32,000 nt of DNA, from assembly GCA_000025185.1 (NCBI GenBank), contig CP001848.1, forward strand, positions 240,001-272,000, given 5' to 3'. The notes under the pieces are model-generated. The model had not been told where the DNA came from. It made no database searches and was given only the letters and a program-made list of their open reading frames with translations. How positions within the stretch are numbered: the first letter of the stretch is position 1; each line of letters begins with the position of its first letter. The position numbers and the translations under genes are program-made. This document shows positions 1-8,552 of the stretch, one piece after another. The stretch is from Pirellula staleyi DSM 6068. Lineage in GTDB: Bacteria; Planctomycetota; Planctomycetia; Pirellulales; Pirellulaceae.

Positions 1-1
1 G

Positions 2-520
2 GAAAGTTTTGGCTCGGCTGCTGCGTTTCTCGATTTCTATCAACCGACGATGCTCGGCTGTTTGGTGGTCGATGTGCGGATGCCAGAGATGACCGGGCTC
101 GATCTGCAGCAGGAACTGGCCGAGCGTGGTTCGACGCTGCCGATCATCGTGATGTCGGGGCATGCTGATGTCGCCAGTTGCACGCGCGCGTTTCGGAGTG
201 GCGCTATCGACTTCTTTGAGAAACCAGTCAACGACAACCAGATCCTCGAGCGTGTGCGGCACGGGATCGAGCGACACCGACAAGCGCTGCTGGCGATGTC
301 GTCCCCCCGCCAAGGTGCGTTGCAACTCGAACTGCTTACCGCCCGCGAACGCGAAGTCATGGACCTGCTGGTACGCGGCAAAAGCCTCAAGCAGATCGCG
401 CTCGATCTCGGCATCAGCATTCAAACCTCGGCCAAGCATCGCAGCCGACTGCTCGAAAAACTCAAAGTCCCCAGCGACATGGAACTCCTCCGCAGGGTGC
501 TCGAAGAACAGCGTCGTTAA
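2..520 (+). CDS. FixJ/NarL-family response regulator (receiver + LuxR-type HTH), 5' end cut by the window edge
   Basis: The frame is open from nt 2 (ESFGSAAAFLDFYQPTMLGCLVVDVRMPEMTGL...), so the ATG at 50 is internal. Receiver motifs are present (VVDVRMP acceptor Asp, FFEKP Lys). They are followed by LTAREREVMDLLVRGKSLKQIALDLGISIQTSAKHRSRLLEKL, a LuxR/FixJ helix-turn-helix. Stop TAA at 518-520. Confidence 0.85.
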   Translation, partial: ESFGSAAAFLDFYQPTMLGCLVVDVRMPEMTGLDLQQELAERGSTLPIIVMSGHADVASCTRAFRSGAIDFFEKPVNDNQILERVRHGIERHRQALLAMSSPRQGALQLELLTAREREVMDLLVRGKSLKQIALDLGISIQTSAKHRSRLLEKLKVPSDMELLRRVLEEQRR

Positions 521-852
521 AAAAATATTGCGTTTTTTTGGGCGAAAGTTAGCGACTCGCGAAAACGTGCAAAAGTACCGCCTCACCCTCGCTTGGCCAT
601 GTGCTACCCACCAGCTGATGAGCTGTTCCCTGCCTCGGAAGATGTAGCTCAAGCGATAATCGCGAACCTCAAAGTGCATGCAATCGCAGGCTTTGCTGAG
701 GCAATTTAAAAAGACACCGCTCTCAGGGGCGCGTATGCGACAATCTCGCATACATGGTGCGGTCGACCGCTGCCGATCTCTACTTGCGTAGCAAAGAAGT
801 CGGTCAAAGCGGCCAGTCCGCTTCTGTACTGCCTGCAACGGCTTTGCTATTT

Positions 853-945
853 GGTGCATCACCTTGTCCTGCTCGACAGGGCTTGAATCAGACTGCCCTG
901 ATTCCTGCTTAAGTCAAGTCGCCAGGTGATGCACTTTTTTCGTTT
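853..945 (+). terminator. Branched (Y-shaped) hairpin followed by a U-tract; candidate intrinsic terminator or structured leader/sRNA 3' end
   Basis: An 11-bp outer stem pairs gtgcatcacct (854-864) with aggtgatgcac (924-934). It encloses two inner hairpins (866-882, and gaatcag/ctgattc at 885-904). TTTTTT (935-940) then CGTTT follow directly. The element lies in a 517-nt stretch with no ORF of 60 aa or more, about 95 nt upstream of the gluQ ATG. Confidence 0.45.
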
Positions 946-1037
946 CTTGACCACTCCGATGGGTCAGTGACTAGTCAACCCGATCACTGTCCGATCGCTA
1001 CTCCCCGCTGAGGCTGCAGCTTGCTACGTTCAGAACT

Positions 1038-2057
1038 ATGACCGTCAGCAACTCATCCTTCAGCAGCAATTGGGCTCCGGCGCGAAAGGTCGTGGGACGA
1101 CTTGCTCCCTCCCCGACCGGCGCCCAGCATGTCGGCAACGCTCGCACCTACCTCCTGGCGTGGCTGCATGCTCGGCTGCAGGGTGGACGCGTTGTGCTGC
1201 GCATGGAAGACATCGATTCCCCTCGCGTAAAGCCCGGCGCTGCTGAGGAAGCGATTGTCGACCTGAAGTGGCTCGGACTCGACTGGGACGAGGGTCCCGA
1301 CGTCGGTGGCCCTCACGCTCCCTACGTTCAAACCGATCGGCTGTCGCTCTACCGCCAGCATCTCGAGCTACTGATCGAGCGGCAGCTCATCTACCCCTGC
1401 ACTTGCACCCGCAAGGATGTCGAAACAGCCGCCAGTGCCCCGCATCTCGACGGCGAACCACCTCCCTATGCCGGAACCTGCCGCTTTCGCTCTCCTCAAG
1501 ATGCCTCGGCGCTCGATACGGACAAATTCGTCTGGCGTCTGCACACGAGCGATCAGCCGCGTACGATCATCGACCTGGTTCGCGGGCCTTGCTCGATGAA
1601 CGTCGCCCGCGATTTGGGAGATTTCGTGATAGCCAAAGGAACTGGAGTTCCTGCCTACCAACTGGCAGTGGTGGCCGACGATCATGCCATGGGAATCACC
1701 GAGGTGCTGCGTGGCGACGATCTGCTCCCCAGCGCCTTTCGGCAACTCGAGCTGTATGAGCATTTTGGTTATCAGGCGCCGCAGTTTGCACACCTACCAC
1801 TTGTCGTAGGTCCCGATGGCCGTCGACTCGCAAAACGCCATGGAGATACACGCCTCTCTTGGCTCCGCTCGCAAGGGATGAAAGCCGAAACGCTGATCGG
1901 CTGGATAGCTTACCATTCTAAGCTTTTAGACGAGCTGCGACCGATCACCGCGAGCCAACTCTTAGGAGACTTGCGGCCCACGATGCTCGAGCAAATCCCT
2001 GCCGAGCCTTTAATCCTTCACCCGCACGATGTGGCGTGGCTCTTAGCGCAAGATTAA
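1038..2057 (+). CDS. gluQ: Glutamyl-Q tRNA(Asp) synthetase (GluRS catalytic-core paralogue)
   Basis: Motifs seen: RLAPSPTGAQHVGNARTYLLAW (HIGH-type), MEDIDSPR, LKWLGLDWDEGP, the Cys cluster YPCTCTRKD...GTCR, VPAYQLAVVADD, and RLAKRHG (KMSKS-like). The 339-aa product has no anticodon-binding domain, which fits GluQRS rather than full-length GltX. Confidence 0.85.
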   Translation: MTVSNSSFSSNWAPARKVVGRLAPSPTGAQHVGNARTYLLAWLHARLQGGRVVLRMEDIDSPRVKPGAAEEAIVDLKWLGLDWDEGPDVGGPHAPYVQTDRLSLYRQHLELLIERQLIYPCTCTRKDVETAASAPHLDGEPPPYAGTCRFRSPQDASALDTDKFVWRLHTSDQPRTIIDLVRGPCSMNVARDLGDFVIAKGTGVPAYQLAVVADDHAMGITEVLRGDDLLPSAFRQLELYEHFGYQAPQFAHLPLVVGPDGRRLAKRHGDTRLSWLRSQGMKAETLIGWIAYHSKLLDELRPITASQLLGDLRPTMLEQIPAEPLILHPHDVAWLLAQD

Positions 2058-2060
2058 TAA

Positions 2061-2861
2061 CTAGTCTTGAGCAGGATCTTCGCTAGCGGGATGATCCTCG
2101 CTGCCTTGACTGGTGAGATCAGCAGCCTCTTCAGGATTGGCGACAAAACGATAGCCCAAATCCCGTATTGTGAGAAAATGCTTAGGATTGGCGTGATCGG
2201 CTTCGAAAATACGGCGCAATCGGAGCATAAATTGATCGGGAGCACGGGTCTGCAAATAGCCTCGCATTTGCCAGACATTTTCGAGCAATTCAGTCCGGGG
2301 TATCAGCCGACCTTCATTCTCCACGAAATAACTCAACAGCTCCCATTCGCGCTTGGTCAGTGATACCGGTTTACCAGCAACTGTCAGCTCATACTCATCA
2401 AATTTAATTTTTGCTTGCCCAAACTCATACGTACTAAACTTAATCGGTATCGCCGTTGGCTTTTGAGGTCGACGTGTAAAATGCTTAAGCAGGTTCTTCA
2501 CCCGGCTTAATAGTTCGTCGAGATCAAAAGGCTTTGATAGATATTGACTAGTACCGACATCAAAGCCGCGTGTCCGGTCTTCTGGCAAGGTACGCGCTGA
2601 GAGCATTAAGATCGGGATATCATTTCCCGCATTGCGAACCGCTTCGCAAACGGCATAGCCACTCATCCCCGGTAGCATGAGATCGAGGATCATTAAATCG
2701 ATCTCTTGCTCGGGATCTTCCAGTAGATTGAGCGCAGCCTTACCATCCTCGACGACCGAAACTCGATATCCCTCGGCTTCAAGATTGAACTTAATACCGA
2801 CGGAGAGATGGCGTTCATCCTCGACCACTAGGATGTGCTTGGCTCCCGAATGGCTCGACAT
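2061..2861 (-). CDS. OmpR/PhoB-family response regulator (receiver + winged-helix DNA-binding domain)
   Basis: HILVVEDERHL, DLMILDLMLPGMSG (acceptor Asp) and LSKPF are receiver motifs. The C-terminal winged helix is LTKREWELLSYFVENEGRLIPRTELLENVW...FLTIRDLGYRF. There is an acidic tail of about 25 aa. ATG at 2861. The gene converges on gluQ with only 3 nt between the stop codons. Confidence 0.9.
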   Translation of the reverse strand: MSSHSGAKHILVVEDERHLSVGIKFNLEAEGYRVSVVEDGKAALNLLEDPEQEIDLMILDLMLPGMSGYAVCEAVRNAGNDIPILMLSARTLPEDRTRGFDVGTSQYLSKPFDLDELLSRVKNLLKHFTRRPQKPTAIPIKFSTYEFGQAKIKFDEYELTVAGKPVSLTKREWELLSYFVENEGRLIPRTELLENVWQMRGYLQTRAPDQFMLRLRRIFEADHANPKHFLTIRDLGYRFVANPEEAADLTSQGSEDHPASEDPAQD

Positions 2862-3428
2862 AGCGGACTCTTCTTACAGGATGTCGTGCAGGATCTGTGA
2901 TGGACTGTGGAAGGTGTTCCAGGAGCCCCCCTCGCGGCACATGACTGCGCGCGACCGATATCGGTTCGCTGCAGGGGAGGTTCTCGATTATACGCAGGTG
3001 GAAATCGGGGTACACCAACCGGGCAATCGCAGCCCCTCTTTCGTGAAATTAGCCCTCCGCGTACTTCCGTGACAGCGATGGGCTCCCCCCCTGGAAAATG
3101 TCCCGAAAACCTCCCCAACTGTCGTGCGTGAACACACGACCGCAAATTGCCGTAACTGCATGTAGATTAACTACTTTCGGGCGATCTTCGTAGCGGATTA
3201 CCTTGCTCCGGCGCTCGATTTGGGGTTAACTGATAGATGCGAATAAATGGGTCGACGCTGGCTGCGCTGCATACAGTCGCTTCTCAGCGCTGATCGTTGT
3301 CGCACCCCGCCTGCCAAGTTTGCTGGCCGACAAACTGGACGGTTGCCCTGGTGGCAACTGCCACGTGTCACTCGGCTCCCGCCTTGCTGATCCCCGATAT
3401 TTCCACTCGCTCCAAAGAGTGCTCGCCA

Positions 3429-6248
3429 ATGCGCTATTTTTCCTGGGCTCTTCTGATCGCAGTCATGGTCGGTGGACCACTGGCGCCACTGGTTCGTGCT
3501 GACGAACCCAAGATCACGCCCGAGCAAGAGGTCTTCTTCGAATCCAAGATTCGTCCCCTGCTGGTCACGCATTGCATCGAATGTCATGGGGCTGCCAAAC
3601 AGGAATCGGGGCTTCGACTCGACAGCCGAGCGGCGATGCTTGCCGGAGGTGCCACGGGAGAAGTCGGCGCGGTTCCCGGCGAAGCTGATAAAAGCTTGCT
3701 GATTCGCGCGGTGCGGCATCAGGGAGACATTCAGATGCCTCCCGAGAAAAAGCTCGACGATCGCGATATCGAGCTGCTGGCCACCTGGGTCACCAGCGGC
3801 ATGCCTTGGCCCAAGTCGGCAGCGGAAACCAAGCCGCTGACGGCCGAAGAAAAAGTACTCGCGGCCCGCTCGACCATGTGGTCGCTGCAGCCGATCGTCG
3901 ATCCCCCTCTCCCCGCCATTAAGCAAACCACTTGGCCCCGCGCGAAATTTGACCATCACATCCTCGCGCGGCTGGAAGCTGCGAATCTCGCCCCATCGGC
4001 TGAAGCGCCACGCGCCACATATTTGCGACGCGTTTCGTACGATCTAACCGGCCTGCCACCCACTGCCGACGAAATTGCCGCCTTCGAAAGCGACACCACT
4101 CCGCAAGCGTACGAAAAAGTGGTCGACAATCTCCTCGCTTCACCCGCTTATGGCGAACGCTGGGCGCGGCATTGGCTCGACGTGGCGCGCTACGGCGACA
4201 CACGCGGCTATGCCTTTCAGCGCGAACGAAAATATCCCTACTCGTACACCTATCGCGACTACGTAATAAATGCCCTGAACGACGACATTCCGTACGATCG
4301 TTTTGTGAAGGAACAGATTGCAGCGGATCTGCTCCCCGATCACGATTCGTCGGATCTCGCAGCGCTCGGGCTTCTTACAACCGGTCGCCGCTTTAATCGC
4401 AATGAAGATGACATCGACGATTTGATCGATGTGGTGACTCGTGGTTTTCTCGGACTTTCGGTCGCCTGCGCACGATGCCACGACCACAAGTACGACGCCA
4501 TTCCGACCGACGATTACTACTCGCTTTACGGAGTTTTCGCGAGCATTCAAGAGCCCGGGGAATTGCCGCTGATTGGTCAGCCGACCGAGAACGAAGCCTA
4601 TACCAAGTTCATGGCCGAGCTCGAAAAACGGCAAGCAGAAGCACGCGACTACGAAAATGCCGAGCATGCCAAGAACGTTACGCAAGCGGTCGACAGTGCG
4701 GCCGACTATCTCGCGCGGATCGCTGCCGGGGGCAATTCGAACCTGCTCGACAAACTCAGCTTTCTCTCGCTCAAAGAGCCCGACATTCGTCGGCCGCTGC
4801 AGGAGCGCTGGAAGCGTTATCTCGATGAAAATGCCAAAGACGATCACGCCACGCTGGGCGTTTGGAAGCAACTTGCCACGCTCAAGGAAGATGAGTTTGC
4901 TGGCCCCGGGAAAGAGAAACTCGATGCGCTGCTGGCTCGCCCCGAAGGGATTGATGCCGGGCAGATTAATCCGCTCCTTAAAGCGGCGATTGAGAAAGAA
5001 CGTCCCACATCGGGCGTGCAGCTAGCGCGAACCTATGGTGAAGCGATCAAAGAAGTGGTGAAGAAGTATCGCGAAACGGGGGCTAATAAAGAAGCGTTGG
5101 ACAAACTGGCCCCGGCCGAGAAAGAACTAGCCAAGCTGGTGGTCGACGAGAAATCACCGCCGCAGATTCCTCGCGAAGATGCGCGGCGCTATTTCACCCG
5201 TGCTCAGCGCAATCGCTTTGACGAACTCGAGCGTAAGGCCAAGTCGCTTGAAGCAACATCTCCCGCTGCTCCCCCACGCGCGATGGTGGTGGCCGAACGT
5301 CCTCAGCCGAACAATCCCCATGTCTTTATTCGTGGCAATCCGGGGCGTCCTGGCAAGGCGGTGCCACGTCAATATCTGGCGGTCCTCTCGGCAAGCGAGC
5401 GGGTTCCCTATCCCCAAAATCAAAGTGGCCGATTGGAGCTTGCCAATCAGATTGTCGATCCCGCCAACCCACTCACGCGCCGCGTGATTATCAATCGCCT
5501 TTGGATGTACCACTTTGGTGAACCGCTGGTCGGGACACCGAGCGATTTTGGGATCCGCGCGGAAGTTCCTTCGCAGCCTGAAGTGCTCGACACGCTCGCC
5601 AGTTTGCTGCTCGAGAAGAACTGGTCGCTGAAGGCGGTGCATCGCGAAATCGTGCTTTCGGCCACCTATCGTCAGTCGTCAGCCGACCGCGAAGAAGCGC
5701 GCAAGGTCGATCCCGAAAACCGTCTGATGTGGCGCATGAATCGCCGTCGCCTCGAATGGGAACCCCTCCGCGACACGCTGCTGTTTGTCTCGGGCAATCT
5801 CGATCGCACGCTGGGTGGTCGCGCGGTGGAACTGACCGGCGCGAATCCAAGCAATCGCCGCGCAGTGTATGGCTTCATCGATCGCCAGGATTTGCCCAAT
5901 CTGTTCCGGGTGTTCGATATCGCGAGCCCCGATCAGCATGCGCCCCGTCGGCCACGGACCACCGTGCCGCAGCAGGCACTGTTCCTCATGAATAGCCCGT
6001 TTGTGGTGACGCAGGCACAGTCGATCGTTGCGGCCCTTGAGAAGCGAACCGAAGAGTCGACCCAGCAGCGAATCGTCTCGATGTACAAGATGATTCTGGC
6101 CCGCTCGCCCGACGCAACCGAACAGAAAATCGCCGCCGATTTCATCGAGCAAAGCAGCCAAACGCCACCCGATCAGGCCAAGATTAATCCGTGGCAACAG
6201 CTGGCGCAAATCCTGCTGCTGACCAACGAACTCGCCTTCGTGGATTAG
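3429..6248 (+). CDS. Planctomycete cytochrome-c domain protein (PSCyt1 + DUF1549/PSCyt2 + DUF1553/PSD1)
   Basis: I place the start at the internal ATG 3429, which gives the signal peptide MRYFSWALLIAVMVGGPLAPLVRADEP. The track ORF starts at a TTG at 3297. The heme-c motif CIECH lies at 3573-3587. The rest has the long DUF1549/DUF1553-type architecture (YGERWARHWLDVARYGDT..., CARCHDHKYDAIPTDDYYSLYGVF, RRAVYGFIDRQDLPNLFRVFD). Confidence 0.88.
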   Translation: MRYFSWALLIAVMVGGPLAPLVRADEPKITPEQEVFFESKIRPLLVTHCIECHGAAKQESGLRLDSRAAMLAGGATGEVGAVPGEADKSLLIRAVRHQGDIQMPPEKKLDDRDIELLATWVTSGMPWPKSAAETKPLTAEEKVLAARSTMWSLQPIVDPPLPAIKQTTWPRAKFDHHILARLEAANLAPSAEAPRATYLRRVSYDLTGLPPTADEIAAFESDTTPQAYEKVVDNLLASPAYGERWARHWLDVARYGDTRGYAFQRERKYPYSYTYRDYVINALNDDIPYDRFVKEQIAADLLPDHDSSDLAALGLLTTGRRFNRNEDDIDDLIDVVTRGFLGLSVACARCHDHKYDAIPTDDYYSLYGVFASIQEPGELPLIGQPTENEAYTKFMAELEKRQAEARDYENAEHAKNVTQAVDSAADYLARIAAGGNSNLLDKLSFLSLKEPDIRRPLQERWKRYLDENAKDDHATLGVWKQLATLKEDEFAGPGKEKLDALLARPEGIDAGQINPLLKAAIEKERPTSGVQLARTYGEAIKEVVKKYRETGANKEALDKLAPAEKELAKLVVDEKSPPQIPREDARRYFTRAQRNRFDELERKAKSLEATSPAAPPRAMVVAERPQPNNPHVFIRGNPGRPGKAVPRQYLAVLSASERVPYPQNQSGRLELANQIVDPANPLTRRVIINRLWMYHFGEPLVGTPSDFGIRAEVPSQPEVLDTLASLLLEKNWSLKAVHREIVLSATYRQSSADREEARKVDPENRLMWRMNRRRLEWEPLRDTLLFVSGNLDRTLGGRAVELTGANPSNRRAVYGFIDRQDLPNLFRVFDIASPDQHAPRRPRTTVPQQALFLMNSPFVVTQAQSIVAALEKRTEESTQQRIVSMYKMILARSPDATEQKIAADFIEQSSQTPPDQAKINPWQQLAQILLLTNELAFVD

Positions 6249-6354
6249 CCGCCTCCCCACCTTTTTTCACCGACCAATCAGCGACGAAACTTCGAACTGA
6301 AATCGACAGCCGCTCGCCCGACCAACGACTCGTCTCGCACGAAAGAGTGTAGCT

Positions 6355-7809
6355 ATGGCACATAACTTCGACCCTTCGCAGCCAATCATCTCGCGCCGCG
6401 AACTCCTGAAACGGAGTGGCATGGGAATGGCGATGCTCGGACTTGCAGGGGTGATGGGAGACGCCGGTGTGCTGGCCAATCCTGGCGGTGGCGAAGGTGG
6501 CTATCAGAATCCACTCGCCGCTCGCCCCGCCCATTTTCCGGCGAAGGCCAAGCGTGTGATTCACTTGTTCTGCAATGGCGGACCAAGTCACGTCGACACA
6601 TTTGATCACAAACCAGCGCTCGCAAAATATGCCGGTCAGAATCTGCCGATGCCGAACCTGACGACCGAGCGCAAGACGGGAGCTGCACTCCCCACCCCTT
6701 TTAAGTTTCAAAAGTATGGTGAGAGTGGACTCGAAGTGAGCGAGCTGTTTCACCACACCGCGCAGCACATCGACGACATCGCCGTGATTCGCTCAATGCA
6801 CGCCGATGTGCCCAATCACGAACCCTCGCTGCTGCTGATGAACTGTGGCGAGTCGCGACTCGTGCGCCCCTCGTTTGGTTCGTGGCTTACCTATGGCCTA
6901 GGGACCGAGAACCTGAATCTCCCCGGCTTCGTGGCGATGGTACCTGGCGGTTATCCGATTCAAGAGACGCAAAACTGGCAAGCTGCTTTCTTGCCCGGCG
7001 TCTACCAGGGAACCTACGTTAATACACAGCACACCGACATCGATCGGCTGATCGAAAACGTCCGTAACCCGTGGCTGTCGTCGTCGCAGCAGCGTAAGCA
7101 ACTCGACGCCTTGCAGGCACTCAACGCCCATCACAAGGCTTCGCGCGGTGAAGATGGAGCGCTCGATTCGCGCATTCACTCGTTCGAACTCGCCTACAAC
7201 ATGCAGTCCGAAGCAGCCGAGGCATTCGACGTCTCACGCGAGCCCAAAGAAGTACTCGAATCGTATGGTCCAGGGACCCAGGCACGTCAAATTTTGATTG
7301 CCCGCCGCCTGATCGAGCGAGGCGTGCGGTTCGTGCAAGTCTGGCACGGCGAGGGTCAGCCTTGGGACAATCACGACGACCTGGAAGTGAACCATCGTCG
7401 CCTCGCGGGCGAAACCGATCGCGCCATTGGCGCACTGATCAGCGATCTCAAGCGACTGGGACTCTTCGAGGAAACGCTGATCATTTGGGGGGGCGAATTT
7501 GGCCGCACTCCGACCGTGGAACTCCCCACCCCCGGCGCCAATGCAGGCAAGATCAACGGCCGCGATCACAATCACTGGGGCTTTTCGACCTGGATCGCCG
7601 GTGGTGGTGTTAAAGGTGGACAAGCCTACGGCGCTACCGACGAGTTTGGGTTCAAAGCGGTCGAGAATCCGGTGCATGTCCACGACCTGCATGCCACACT
7701 GCTAAAGCTCCTCGGCTTCGACCACACGAAGCTCACCTATCGCTACGCCGGCCGCGATTTCCGCCTCACCGACGTCCACGGCAAAGTGATCGACCAGTTG
7801 ATTGCGTAG
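6355..7809 (+). CDS. DUF1501 domain protein (sulfatase/alkaline-phosphatase-like fold), Tat-exported
   Basis: Twin-arginine leader SRRELLKRSGMGMAMLGLAG. Family motifs: LFCNGGPSHVDTFDHKP, WGGEFGRTP, NGRDHNHWGFSTWIAGGGVKGG. It lies 106 nt downstream of the PSCyt/DUF1549/DUF1553 gene on the same strand, which is the classic pairing. Confidence 0.9.
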   Translation: MAHNFDPSQPIISRRELLKRSGMGMAMLGLAGVMGDAGVLANPGGGEGGYQNPLAARPAHFPAKAKRVIHLFCNGGPSHVDTFDHKPALAKYAGQNLPMPNLTTERKTGAALPTPFKFQKYGESGLEVSELFHHTAQHIDDIAVIRSMHADVPNHEPSLLLMNCGESRLVRPSFGSWLTYGLGTENLNLPGFVAMVPGGYPIQETQNWQAAFLPGVYQGTYVNTQHTDIDRLIENVRNPWLSSSQQRKQLDALQALNAHHKASRGEDGALDSRIHSFELAYNMQSEAAEAFDVSREPKEVLESYGPGTQARQILIARRLIERGVRFVQVWHGEGQPWDNHDDLEVNHRRLAGETDRAIGALISDLKRLGLFEETLIIWGGEFGRTPTVELPTPGANAGKINGRDHNHWGFSTWIAGGGVKGGQAYGATDEFGFKAVENPVHVHDLHATLLKLLGFDHTKLTYRYAGRDFRLTDVHGKVIDQLIA

Positions 7810-7885
7810 GGCTGAACCACTTACGAGCCGACTATGCCTCGCGGCGCATTTCCCCATTATATGCGTCGTGATCGCATGAACTGCA

Positions 7886-7947
7886 ATCTATCAATTAACA
7901 ACCAACTCTTAGTATAAGTTAATTGGGCTATATCTATCAATATTGAT
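7886..7947. repeat. Cluster of short repeats in an AT-rich spacer between convergent genes
   Basis: The direct repeat atctatcaat occurs at 7886-7895 and 7932-7941. The inverted repeat caattaac (7892-7899) pairs with gttaattg (7918-7925). A perfect 12-bp palindrome, atcaatattgat, lies at 7936-7947. Confidence 0.6.
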
Positions 7948-7975
7948 TGCTGTGGCTTAATATCACGCTGCACCA

Positions 7976-8278
7976 TTAAGGCGATAGACCTAACAAGGGT
8001 TCACTGGCGGGATATCGTCCGGTGCCGATGATCAGATCGAGCATGATTGCTGGAGCATAAAATCCAAGCAGCATGCGATTGAGACTTTGATTAATACGAG
8101 TGGTGGGAGCCACAAAATAGAAACCTTTGAAGCCCATCCGATCAGCTTCTCGGTATCCATGGCGCGACAGGCAGTAGTACGAGCCTCCGTAAAGCACTGC
8201 CGCAGCGATCAAAACAACGACGATTAGTCGTGACACGCCATGCTTCTTCTCCGTGCTATCCAAGTCTTGGGTTTTCAT
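7976..8278 (-). CDS. Small single-pass membrane protein, hypothetical (100 aa)
   Basis: ATG start. One N-terminal TM segment (LIVVVLIAAAVLYGGSYYCL). Codon usage is visibly AT3-richer (TTA, CTA, TAT, AAT, ATT) than in neighbouring genes. I recognise no family. Confidence 0.5.
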   Translation of the reverse strand: MKTQDLDSTEKKHGVSRLIVVVLIAAAVLYGGSYYCLSRHGYREADRMGFKGFYFVAPTTRINQSLNRMLLGFYAPAIMLDLIIGTGRYPASEPLLGLSP

Positions 8279-8552
8279 AGCGCACCTTGATGTTCACGGA
8301 TATCTACGTTCGTAGCTTCAAGCTCCAGGTCTGCTAGCAATGATAGCAGCGCACTGCTGCTTGAACGAATTATGTTACGTAGGTTGTGACGATGGGGCAA
8401 AGTTCTCTATTCTGCCAAACGAACTGCGGATACAATCCCCACGTACTGGAATTTGTCGAATGGTCGTTTAGCGATAGTTGAATGGGCGTTTTGAGCCCAT
8501 AACTAGTCCGCAAGTCATGGATTGGCAAACGCTCGTCATGGGAGGGCAAGCG

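Noticed and set aside
519-539. An A7-tattgcg-T7 element right after the FixJ-type gene stop, as a possible terminator.
   Set aside because: The stem would be A-U pairs only and is too weak for a canonical intrinsic terminator. It may still be a bendable AT tract.
678-888. Small ORFs in the gluQ upstream region: 37 aa from ATG 678 and 44 aa from ATG 754.
   Set aside because: They lack SD-like sequences and have no sensible composition or motifs. The region is better explained as non-coding or structured RNA.
3198-3959. A 253-aa minus-strand ORF, and the 44-codon TTG-initiated N-terminal extension (3297-3428) of the PSCyt gene.
   Set aside because: The minus ORF overlaps the cytochrome-c domain coding region and has no features. 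The extension precedes a perfect signal peptide that starts at ATG 3429.
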